NCBI GenBank assembly: GCA_038205305.1
Contig: JBBRBZ010000004.1
Span: forward strand, 1-63,134
Reading direction: 5' to 3'
Source: Gemmatimonadales bacterium
Lineage (GTDB): Bacteria; Gemmatimonadota; Gemmatimonadetes; Gemmatimonadales; GWC2-71-9
Length of the DNA stretch: 63,134 nucleotides
Positions 18,776 through 28,686 of this stretch are shown here, piece by piece. A program made the position numbers and the translations under genes. How positions within the stretch are numbered: position 1 is the first letter of the stretch; each line of letters begins with the position of its first letter. The notes beneath the pieces are model-generated. The model was not told where the DNA came from and did no database searches. It worked only from the letters and a program-made list of their open reading frames with translations.

Positions 18776-19899
18776 AGATCGGGATCACCTGCTATCCGAC
18801 CTACGGTGGCTCAGGCGCAGTCGCCACAGAGCTTGGCCTCGACCTCGCGCGCCGGGGACACGAGGTCCACTTCATCACCTACCAGTCGCCGTTTCGGCTG
18901 CGAGGCTACGTCGAACGGGTCTACTTCCACGAAGTCGATACCACGATGAGCCGGTATCCTCTCTTCGATCACTATCCGTACACGCTCGCACTCGCCTCCC
19001 GGCAATACGAAGTGGCGCTGCAGGAGCGACTCGACCTCCTGCACGTGCACTACGCCATTCCGCATGCGACCACGGCATTCATCGCGCGCGAGATGCTGGC
19101 CAAGGAACATCCCATCAAGGTGATCACCACGCTGCACGGTACCGACATCACCCTGGTGGGACAGGAAGCCTCCTTCTACGCCATCACGAAGTTCTCCATC
19201 GAGCGCTCCAACGGAGTCACCGCCGTCTCGCAGTTCCTGAAGGACGAGACCAACCGCGCCTTCGGCAGTGTGAATTGCGATCTCGCCGTCATCCCCAATT
19301 TCGTCAACCTCGACGAGTACGACCCGGGGAAGGGCGCCCCGCGCGAATCGTTGGCACCGGCAGACCACAAGCTCCTGGTGCACATCTCCAATTTTCGCGA
19401 GGTGAAACGGGTGAAGGATGTCGTGCGCATTTTCGCTCGGGTGCGTCGGGCGATGCCAGCGACGCTGATGATGGTGGGCGATGGCCCGGACCGTGCCGAT
19501 GCCGAGGCCGAGGCCCGCGAGCTCGGGGTGGCCACCGACGTGCGCTTCCTTGGCCGACTTGACACGGTCGCCCCGCTGCTCGCGTCGTCAGACCTGATGG
19601 TGCTTCCCTCGCAGACGGAATCGTTCGGCCTGGCAGCCTTGGAAGCGATGGCCTGCGGCACGCCGGTGCTGGCGGCGCGCACCGGCGGCCTGCCCGAGCT
19701 GATCGTTGATGGGGTCGATGGCTTGCTCGAGCCCGTCGGATCGGTCGAGGCGATGGCACGCCGCGCCGTGGAATTACTGCGGGATCCCGCACGGCACGCG
19801 GCGATGCGGAGCGCCGCCCTCGAGCGCGCCAAGGCCTTCTCGGCCGAAGCGGTGGTGCCGCAGTACGAGGCCTACTATCGCCAGGTTCTGGGTCGCTGA
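18772..19899 (+). CDS. bshA: N-acetyl-alpha-D-glucosaminyl L-malate synthase (GT4), BshA-like
   Basis: MKIGITCYPTYGGSGAVATELG..GHEVHFIT, TTLHGTDIT, NFREVKRVKDVVRIF and ESFGLAALEAMACGTP closely parallel B. subtilis BshA as I recall it. The start ATG at 18772 overlaps the miaA stop. Confidence 0.8.
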   Translation: MKIGITCYPTYGGSGAVATELGLDLARRGHEVHFITYQSPFRLRGYVERVYFHEVDTTMSRYPLFDHYPYTLALASRQYEVALQERLDLLHVHYAIPHATTAFIAREMLAKEHPIKVITTLHGTDITLVGQEASFYAITKFSIERSNGVTAVSQFLKDETNRAFGSVNCDLAVIPNFVNLDEYDPGKGAPRESLAPADHKLLVHISNFREVKRVKDVVRIFARVRRAMPATLMMVGDGPDRADAEAEARELGVATDVRFLGRLDTVAPLLASSDLMVLPSQTESFGLAALEAMACGTPVLAARTGGLPELIVDGVDGLLEPVGSVEAMARRAVELLRDPARHAAMRSAALERAKAFSAEAVVPQYEAYYRQVLGR

Positions 19900-20720
19900 T
19901 GCTGCCACCAACCGTCATCGCCCTGATCCTCGGATTGGTCGAAGGGGCCACCGAGTTCCTGCCGATCTCGTCCACTGGGCACCTGATCGTGGCCGGTGCC
20001 CTTCTCGACTTCACCGGCGAGCGCGCAGCCACCTTCGAGATCGTCATTCAGCTGGGCGCCATCCTGGCCGTGATCTGGCACTACCGGACGCTCCTCGTCG
20101 ACACGGTCAGACGTTGGCTGCGCGCGCCTGCCGAACGACGGCTGGTCCTCTCACTCGCCCTCGCCTTCGTGCCGGCCGCTGTGGTCGGGCTGCTGCTGCA
20201 CCACTGGATCAAGGCGGCGCTGTTCAACCCCGCGGTCGTCGCTGCCACCCTGGTGGTCGGCGGGTTCGCGATTCTCGTGGTGGAACGGCAACAGCCCGTG
20301 AGTCGCACCACGGATGTGCATGACCTCACCTATCGGCAGGCATTCGGCGTAGGGCTCGCCCAGGTGCTCTCGCTGGTGCCGGGCACCTCGCGCGCGGCAG
20401 CGACCATTCTGGGCGGCTACCTGCTCGGCCTTACCCGTCCGATTGCCACCGAGTTCTCTTTTCTCCTCGCCATTCCCACCCTTGTGGCGGCAACTGGGTA
20501 TGACATGTTGCAGAGCAGAGAGCTCTTCAGCGCGGCCGACCTACCGATGTTCGGCATCGGACTCGTGGTCGCATTTCTTTCCGCCTTGCTGGTGATCCGC
20601 GCCCTGCTGCGGTTTGTCGAACGGCACTCGTTCGTGGTCTTCGCCTGGTATCGCATTGCGTTTGGCGCAGTGATCTTCCTGCTCCTCGCCCTGGGGGTCA
20701 TGCAGGGCAATGCCTCCTGA
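19899..20720 (+). CDS. uppP: Undecaprenyl-diphosphate phosphatase
   Basis: The BacA/UppP signatures GATEFLPISSTGHL and PGTSRAAATI are present in a polytopic membrane protein of 273 aa. Confidence 0.9.
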   Translation: MLPPTVIALILGLVEGATEFLPISSTGHLIVAGALLDFTGERAATFEIVIQLGAILAVIWHYRTLLVDTVRRWLRAPAERRLVLSLALAFVPAAVVGLLLHHWIKAALFNPAVVAATLVVGGFAILVVERQQPVSRTTDVHDLTYRQAFGVGLAQVLSLVPGTSRAAATILGGYLLGLTRPIATEFSFLLAIPTLVAATGYDMLQSRELFSAADLPMFGIGLVVAFLSALLVIRALLRFVERHSFVVFAWYRIAFGAVIFLLLALGVMQGNAS

Positions 20721-21420
20721 ACTGATCCGGCTCAGCGCGGTCGGCAGCACGATGGAGGCGGCGCATGCGGCCGCGGTGCGCGGCGCCGGGCATGGCACGA
20801 CCATCGTCGCCGCCCGTCAGTGGGCGGGGAGGGGAACCCGAGGCCGCGCCTGGGATTCCGATCTCGGCGGCCTCTGGCTCTCGCTGGTGGCACGGCCCTC
20901 GCGAACCGATGCGCTCGAGGCACTCTCGCTTCGGGTGGGCTTGGCCCTCGCAGCTGCGCTCGAACTCGCCTGCCCGGCACTCCCACGCGTCGAGATCAAG
21001 TGGCCGAACGACCTCCTCGTCGCGCGGCGCAAACTCGCCGGTATCCTCTGCGAGGCGCGCTGGGCGGGCGAGCGCTGCCAATGGGTTGTCATCGGCGTCG
21101 GGCTGAATGTGCAGAATCCGTTGCCCGAATCCCTGCGCGTTTCCGCCGCGCGACTCGCCGACTGGGATCCTGCCGTTTCCGTTGAAACGCTGGCGCCGGT
21201 GGTCGCGGCGGCGATCGCTCGTGCTGCCCGCTCAGCAGGCTCGCTCACACCGATGGAGCTGGCGGCCTTCGCACAGCGCGATGCACTGGCTGGCCAGCAG
21301 CTGACCACCCCGCTGGTCGGGACGGCCGAAGGCATCACCGCCGGCGGGGCCCTCCGCGTCCGGTTGGACAGCGGTCCCGTCCGCGAGGTGCTCGGAGGGG
21401 TGGCCTCGACTCCTCACTGA
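20710..21420 (+). CDS. birA: Biotin--[acetyl-CoA-carboxylase] ligase (group I, no HTH)
   Basis: It has the QWAGRGTRGRAWDS motif (GRGRxGRxW) and KWPNDLL. At 236 aa it lacks the repressor domain. Confidence 0.8.
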   Translation: MPPELIRLSAVGSTMEAAHAAAVRGAGHGTTIVAARQWAGRGTRGRAWDSDLGGLWLSLVARPSRTDALEALSLRVGLALAAALELACPALPRVEIKWPNDLLVARRKLAGILCEARWAGERCQWVVIGVGLNVQNPLPESLRVSAARLADWDPAVSVETLAPVVAAAIARAARSAGSLTPMELAAFAQRDALAGQQLTTPLVGTAEGITAGGALRVRLDSGPVREVLGGVASTPH

Positions 21421-21435
21421 GGCAAGATTCCCTGC

Positions 21436-22215
21436 ATGCTCCTCGCCCTCGATATCGGCAATACCGAAGTGACGGTTGGGCTCTTCCACGGCAAGGAACT
21501 GCGCGGCCACTGGCGCATGACCACCGTCGCGGAGCGGACCCCCGACGAGTGGGCGGTGGCGCTCGAGGCGTTTCTGGTCCGGGCCGGCCATTCTCCTGCT
21601 GAGATCGGGGCCGCCTGTCTTGCCTCGGTCGCCCCAACTGCCACCCAGCCCATTCTCAGCGCAGTGCGCTCGGCCGTGACCGCCAACGTCGGCGTGGTGG
21701 ATGCCCGGGCGGATCTCCCGATCGTCCTCGATGTCGATGAACCGCTCGCTGTCGGTGCCGACCGGATCGCCAATGTCCTCGGGGCACTGGCCCTCTATCC
21801 CGGGGATGCCGTCGTGGTCGACTTCGGCACCGCCACCACCTTCGATTGCGTCACGGCTGATCGCCGGTTCATCGGTGGGTCGATCATGCCCGGAGTGCGC
21901 ACCTCGGCCGAGCAGCTGGTGCGGAAGGCCGCCAAGCTCACCGCGACGGAACTGGTGGCGCCCACGCATGCCATCGGGCGGCGCACCGACGACCATATCC
22001 GTGGCGGTGTCCTGTTCGGGACGGCCGACGCCGTGGACGGCATGATTCGGCGGATCCAGGCCGAATGGCCCGGTGGCGCGAAGCCGCGAGTCATCGCCAC
22101 CGGGGGACTCGCGACGCTGGTGACCACGCTGACGACGACCATTGACGTCGTCGACCCCGACCTCACGCTGCATGGATTGCGAGTTGCCGCCGAAGCCATG
22201 GGGCTGGTCAGGTGA
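21436..22215 (+). CDS. coaX: Type III pantothenate kinase
   Basis: It begins MLLALDIGNTEVTVGLF and carries VVDFGTATTFD and the GGSIMPG-type motifs of CoaX. Confidence 0.9.
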   Translation: MLLALDIGNTEVTVGLFHGKELRGHWRMTTVAERTPDEWAVALEAFLVRAGHSPAEIGAACLASVAPTATQPILSAVRSAVTANVGVVDARADLPIVLDVDEPLAVGADRIANVLGALALYPGDAVVVDFGTATTFDCVTADRRFIGGSIMPGVRTSAEQLVRKAAKLTATELVAPTHAIGRRTDDHIRGGVLFGTADAVDGMIRRIQAEWPGGAKPRVIATGGLATLVTTLTTTIDVVDPDLTLHGLRVAAEAMGLVR

Positions 22216-23141
22216 GCAGTGGTCACGACGAACTCGAGCTGTCGCCCTTCCGACAACTCGTCGACCGTCGGCTCGGCCCCATCACCCCGTACCTGCTCCA
22301 CCTCCGACCGGCGGAGTGGCCGATCATGGCCGCCCACACCACCCTAGGCTGGTGGCTCGCCTCGGGGCTGCATCGCCTCGACTCACCGGCATGGCTTGGC
22401 ATCACGGCGTGGGTGATCGCGCTGAATGGCGGGACGCTGGCGCTCAACTCCGCCTTCGATCACGACACCGGCGACATTGCCTTTCTGCGGCGGCCGCCTG
22501 CGCCACCCCGCTACCTCGCCGGGTTCGCGCTCGCCCTGATGGTGTTCGGACTCGGGCTGACGCGCGCGCTGCCGAACGGCTTCCGCATCGTCTACAGCAT
22601 CTGCCTGGTGCTGTCGATTCTCTACTCTGTTCCTCCGGTCAGGCTCAAGGGGATCGCGGGCGCGGATTGGCTCATCAACATGCTCGGCTTCGGTACCCTG
22701 TCGCCCTACGCCGGGTGGTTGATCACCGGCCAATCCATCGACCTGCGCCACCACCTGATCTTCTGGGCCTTCTTTCCGCTCTTCGGCGCGCTCTACCCGC
22801 TGACCCAGCTGTACCAGATGGACGAAGACCGGGCGAGGGGGGATCGGACCTTCGCCCTTCGACTGGGAGCGAGAGGAAGCCTCCTGCTCGCCATTGTCGC
22901 CACGGCGCTCGCCTTCGGCCTCTTCTCGTTGGCCGCCCTCCAGAGTGACTGGGCCGGCAGGGCTGCCTCGCTCAGGTGGGGTGGTCTGGCGGTCTCGCTG
23001 GTGGGGTGGGCCGCCGTCCTCCTCCCGTGGTATCGGAACGCCCGGCGATGGTCCACCCGTGAGCATCAGGCGGGCATGTATCAGGCCCTGTGGGCGTGGG
23101 CCCTCACCGATGTCGCCGTCCTGCTCGCGTGGGCGCTCTAG
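22212..23141 (+). CDS. UbiA-superfamily prenyltransferase, substrate unknown
   Basis: The polytopic membrane protein has the Asp-rich motifs NSAFDHDTGD and YQMDEDRARGDRT. An ATGA-type overlap links it to coaX. Confidence 0.75.
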   Translation: MSSGHDELELSPFRQLVDRRLGPITPYLLHLRPAEWPIMAAHTTLGWWLASGLHRLDSPAWLGITAWVIALNGGTLALNSAFDHDTGDIAFLRRPPAPPRYLAGFALALMVFGLGLTRALPNGFRIVYSICLVLSILYSVPPVRLKGIAGADWLINMLGFGTLSPYAGWLITGQSIDLRHHLIFWAFFPLFGALYPLTQLYQMDEDRARGDRTFALRLGARGSLLLAIVATALAFGLFSLAALQSDWAGRAASLRWGGLAVSLVGWAAVLLPWYRNARRWSTREHQAGMYQALWAWALTDVAVLLAWAL

Positions 23142-23225
23142 CGCCCGGAGGCAGGGCCTTGGCCTCCCCCCGGGAGGGTGGCTAACTTAGCGCGTTGCTG
23201 GTACTTACTCCGGAGATCCCAATCC

Positions 23226-23858
23226 ATGGCCACCGCAGCGCGTATCGACAGCTCCATCGACATGACGGACGTTCCTCGCATCGTTCGCGGATCGATCATC
23301 TTGGGCTTCGTTCAGGCGGCCTGCGTGCTGATCGTCTCGCTCATCAACCGCAATCTCGAGGGAACCGCCGACCACGCGCTGACCGGGCTTATGGTCGCCA
23401 TCGGCGCTGCGATCACCAGCTTCTGGCCTGGTGTGCAGACGCGGGCTCGCACCATCGAGGGGATCGCCGGAGCGGCCGGGATCGGCCTCGGCGCCACTTG
23501 GGCGTTTCTCGTACTCAACGTCGCCATTCTGCAGCCGTTGCATACCTACACCAACCGCTGGGACCAAATCGGCGGTTTCTCCAATTGGTGGTACATGCCG
23601 GTCTGGTGGATGGCAGGAACGCTGATCTCCTGGCTCGGCGCCTGGATTCTTGCCAATCTCGCCGCCAAGTCTGGCAACGACGCCTCAGTGCCGACCGCCA
23701 TCGTCATCGTCGCCGTGCTGACGGCCGTGGTGGGATCGGCGGCGACGGTCCTGCATTTCCCAGGGGCGGAATGGCATGTGGCGACCTTTGCCGTGGCAGT
23801 GATGCCTGCACTCGCCCTCGGAACGCTGCTCACCGGAATCGGCAACCGCCGCGCGTGA
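23226..23858 (+). CDS. Hypothetical polytopic membrane protein
   Basis: About 6 predicted TM helices, with Trp-rich loops (NWWYMPVWWMAG). The likely start is ATG 23226 rather than GTG 23178. I recognise no family. Confidence 0.5.
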   Translation: MATAARIDSSIDMTDVPRIVRGSIILGFVQAACVLIVSLINRNLEGTADHALTGLMVAIGAAITSFWPGVQTRARTIEGIAGAAGIGLGATWAFLVLNVAILQPLHTYTNRWDQIGGFSNWWYMPVWWMAGTLISWLGAWILANLAAKSGNDASVPTAIVIVAVLTAVVGSAATVLHFPGAEWHVATFAVAVMPALALGTLLTGIGNRRA

Positions 23859-23871
23859 CGGACATCGGCGG

Positions 23872-24195
23872 ATGACCTGGCGCATCGTGCGGCTCGTCAT
23901 TCGTCTGGCAGGGTGGCTGCTCACCCCACTGATCATCATCCTTGCCGCGGCGATCGGTGCCTATCTCGCCGCACTGGTGGCGCCCAGGTTCAGCACCAAG
24001 ACCGGCCTGATCATCGTCGTCTTGGCTGGCCTGACGGGCTCGGTGCTTGGCATTCGGCTTTGGATGAAACTGCTTCGGCGCAATCCCGAACTTCGTCACG
24101 CCCTGGCCGTCACGCAGGGCGGCGTCCCCGAAGGAAAGGCGGTTGGCGAACTGTTCGAGTCCGAGCGACCTGCCGCAGGAGACGGTCCTTCATGA
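23872..24195 (+). CDS. Hypothetical small two-TM membrane protein
   Basis: The 107-aa ORF has two clear hydrophobic helices. Its stop overlaps the start of the downstream NlpC/P60 gene (ATGA). Confidence 0.45.
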   Translation: MTWRIVRLVIRLAGWLLTPLIIILAAAIGAYLAALVAPRFSTKTGLIIVVLAGLTGSVLGIRLWMKLLRRNPELRHALAVTQGGVPEGKAVGELFESERPAAGDGPS

Positions 24196-25166
24196 AACCC
24201 ACTGCTCGCCACCTCGCTCCCCTCGTGCTCGCGCTCCTCGCCACGCGCCCGGTGGCGGCGTGGGCGCAGCAGGGCTTCTTCGTGACGGCAGGGCGGGTTC
24301 TCGCGGGATCGCCAGAAGAGTCGAGCTTTCGTGCCACCGTCGAGCGTGATGTGGTGGGGCCCATTGGCCTCGATGCCTCTTTCCTGGTGCTCCCTGGCGC
24401 TCGCCCGGAGCCCGGTCGGCTCTATGGCTTGGGAGCGGAGGTCACCCTCTTCAGCAGCAACCAGGGCATCCCCACCTTCTTCGCTGGCGGCGGAGCTGGA
24501 CTGGGTACCGATGGCCAGAAGAAACTCTGGGCGAGCGCGTCAGTGGGTGCGAGGATGTCGATCGTCTCGGTCGGCCCGTTCCATCTGATGGCCGAGGGCC
24601 GGTGGCGGAGTCTTACGATCGAGGGACGCGACGGGTTTGAAATCGCCGCTGCCTTTGGCTGGCACAATCCCCATCGGAACAATGGCGTCCTGCATCCGGA
24701 GGCGCTCGGTCTCTGGCTGCCGCGCAACACTGCCGAGGTGCTCCGGGCCAATGGCATCCCCGAGGCGAAGGCGCGCCAGATTGACAACGTCATCACCACG
24801 GCGCTGGAGTCGATGGGCTCACCCTATGTCTGGGGCGGCACCGGTGACGGGGACGGCGGCTTTGATTGTTCGGGGCTGATCTACTATGCGTATCGCCAGC
24901 ACGGGATTTCCATTCCGCGAACGTCGCAAGGGCAAGCCCGTGCGGGCACGGCGATCCGCCGGCAGATGGATCTGCTGTTGCCGGGAGACCTGCTCACCTT
25001 CGCCGAACGCGGTGACAGCGTCACCCATGTCGGCCTCTACGTCGGCGAGGGAAAGTTCATCCACAGCGCCTCGAGCGGCGTGCGACTCAGCCAGCTCAGC
25101 GAGGACGATCGCGATGGGCACACCTGGCTCAAGCGCTGGGTCGGTGTCCGGAGGGTGATCGAATAG
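24192..25166 (+). CDS. C40 (NlpC/P60) peptidase with N-terminal beta-barrel-like domain
   Basis: The signal peptide is MKPTARHLAPLVLALLATRPVAAWA. The C-terminal NlpC/P60 motifs are YVWGG..GFDCSGL, THVGLY and IHSAS. The ORF-track start at 23913 is an out-of-context extension. Confidence 0.8.
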   Translation: MKPTARHLAPLVLALLATRPVAAWAQQGFFVTAGRVLAGSPEESSFRATVERDVVGPIGLDASFLVLPGARPEPGRLYGLGAEVTLFSSNQGIPTFFAGGGAGLGTDGQKKLWASASVGARMSIVSVGPFHLMAEGRWRSLTIEGRDGFEIAAAFGWHNPHRNNGVLHPEALGLWLPRNTAEVLRANGIPEAKARQIDNVITTALESMGSPYVWGGTGDGDGGFDCSGLIYYAYRQHGISIPRTSQGQARAGTAIRRQMDLLLPGDLLTFAERGDSVTHVGLYVGEGKFIHSASSGVRLSQLSEDDRDGHTWLKRWVGVRRVIE

Positions 25167-25170
25167 TCGC

Positions 25171-26235
25171 CTAGTGGTCCATCTTCATTCCCTTCATGTC
25201 GTCCGTCCCGCCGCCATTCGCTTCCAGGCGTGCGACGTCCCGCTTCCAATCGTTGTCGGCAGGATTCACCCTCGGCCACTGGTCCGCCTTGTCCGGGGCG
25301 AAGAGCATGACCATGTGGAGCATGGCGCCCTTGGTGAGCAGCTTGCCGGTGGTGTTGTTGTATGTCCCGACCAGACGATAGGTGTGCCCTTGGGTGAGGT
25401 GAATCCCAGCACCAGTCACGCCGGGAAGCTGGCGCTCGATCGCCAGCAGGTGGCCGTCGCTGTGCAGCGTGGTCTTGAGCTTCACGACCGTCTTCGGCGT
25501 GCCGTTGGTCACGTCAAGCAGCGAGAGGCCGGTGGCGAAATCGTGCGCGTGACCGCCCACGCCGATGATGCGACCGGGGAGCTGCAGCTTGAATTCCGCG
25601 TGGTAGCTGGTCTCGCCGGGCGGCAAGTCGAAGTCCACGTCATGAGCGATCGGGTTGACCACGTCCATGTAGCCGGGAAGCACGCTGAGTGGCCGCGGGA
25701 CCAGGTTGGTGGGCGAATACTCGATGCTCATCTCCACCGTGACGCCCTTCACTTCCGCCTTGGTTTCGTTGTCGAACATGATCAGCAGCGCCATCGGCAT
25801 CGTGGAGTTCACCGGAATGCCGACGGTCGCGGGCAGACGCACGTCTTCGGTTTCCTGGCCGAGGGCGATGATCCGCTCCGGTACCGGGTAGAAGAGCTGC
25901 CGCCGACTGAAGTTGACCACGTTGATGTGATGAATGAATCGGCGCGACAGCACCTTGCCGTTCTGGTCGGTGATCTTGAGCTTGACGCCGCGCAACCAGC
26001 CGTCCACTGGAAAAGTGAAGCGCATCAGCTTCGACTCCACCATCGACATCCCCGCCATGCCGGACATGCCCGACATCCCCGAATGACTATCACCGGTGCC
26101 GGCGGGGAGGTCGTACTTGCCGGAGGTCAGGGTGACGTAGTGGCGGGCCGAATCGACCGTGACCGTCAGGGTCGCCCCCGGGGCTGGGGCGGGGTGGCTC
26201 AGCAACAGGGCGGTGGCGGTGACGAGCGCAAACAT
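25171..26235 (-). CDS. Secreted PHM/DBH-like copper protein with Met-rich N- and C-terminal segments
   Basis: The signal peptide from ATG 26235 is MFALVTATALLLSHPAPAPGA. The Met-rich stretches are SGMSGMSGMAGMSM and the C-terminal MKGMKMDH. The HH (FIHHINV), HxH (GGHAHDF) and Met (AMLHMVM) motifs are spaced as in peptidylglycine monooxygenase. Confidence 0.6.
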   Translation of the reverse strand: MFALVTATALLLSHPAPAPGATLTVTVDSARHYVTLTSGKYDLPAGTGDSHSGMSGMSGMAGMSMVESKLMRFTFPVDGWLRGVKLKITDQNGKVLSRRFIHHINVVNFSRRQLFYPVPERIIALGQETEDVRLPATVGIPVNSTMPMALLIMFDNETKAEVKGVTVEMSIEYSPTNLVPRPLSVLPGYMDVVNPIAHDVDFDLPPGETSYHAEFKLQLPGRIIGVGGHAHDFATGLSLLDVTNGTPKTVVKLKTTLHSDGHLLAIERQLPGVTGAGIHLTQGHTYRLVGTYNNTTGKLLTKGAMLHMVMLFAPDKADQWPRVNPADNDWKRDVARLEANGGGTDDMKGMKMDH

Positions 26236-26401
26236 GTCGATCCTCGCTGCGGTGGGGTGGTCCACTGCCGACTCGGCCGGCATCGTTGGCCAAAGGTAAC
26301 GCAGATGGCGGCCGTCTGGTTGCAGGCATCCTGGGCGGCTTGGGAGTGTGTCATTTTGGCTTATCAGTCAGGCATGCCGATTGCCAATCAAGAACCCCGG
26401 G

Positions 26402-26429
26402 TTGACCTGCGAGGCCAAACCCTTAGCTT
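26402..26429 (+). promoter_or_regulatory. Candidate sigma70-type promoter of groES-groEL
   Basis: TTGACC (26402-26407), a 16-nt spacer, then TAGCTT (26424-26429). It lies just upstream of the CIRCE-like repeat, and the local GC dips here. Confidence 0.3.
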
Positions 26430-26438
26430 TGGCATCTG

Positions 26439-26465
26439 TTGGCAGTCGACGTCACTGACTGCCAA
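26439..26465 (+). promoter_or_regulatory. CIRCE-like inverted repeat (putative HrcA operator variant)
   Basis: The perfect repeat TTGGCAGTC-N9-GACTGCCAA lies about 50 nt upstream of the groES ATG. Its 9-N9-9 geometry and 7/9 identity per arm match CIRCE (TTAGCACTC-N9-GAGTGCTAA). Confidence 0.5.
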
Positions 26466-26518
26466 AGTATTGCAAAATAGTGACTTACCGATCCACGTTC
26501 ACGTTGGAGGTTGGGCCC

Positions 26519-28502
<1,984 letters not shown>

Positions 28503-28528
28503 TCGGGCACCCGGTATGATGGTGCCGC

Positions 28529-28556
28529 GGAGGGGCGAGGCATGCCTCGCCCCTCC
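28529..28556 (+). terminator. groEL terminator hairpin
   Basis: A perfect 28-nt palindrome GGAGGGGCGAGGCATGCCTCGCCCCTCC lies 27 nt after the groEL stop. It has no T-tract. A further GC hairpin is at 28602-28621. Confidence 0.55.
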
Positions 28557-28686
28557 GTGTCACGCCGCTACCGGCGGCGCACCGGGTTCACGAATGCACG
28601 CGGGCGCCCCAACGGGCGCCCGTGTCGCATTTCCCGCCCCGCCGGTTTTCTTTACGTCCTTCCTCTCGCCGTGCTGGAGTCTCCTC

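Noticed and set aside
26430-26444. A sigma54-like element, TGGCAT-N3-TTGGCA, upstream of groES.
   Set aside because: The GG-to-GC spacing is 11 nt rather than the 12 nt of TGGCAC-N5-TTGCA. The second half is simply the left arm of the CIRCE-like inverted repeat. There is no enhancer-binding protein nearby.
28564-28621. Additional small GC hairpins after the groEL terminator, which might suggest a structured sRNA.
   Set aside because: The stems are short (5-7 bp), there is no conserved-looking motif, and no promoter is evident. They are more simply auxiliary terminator structure or the 5' UTR of the peptidase gene. I cannot support an ncRNA call without covariation data.
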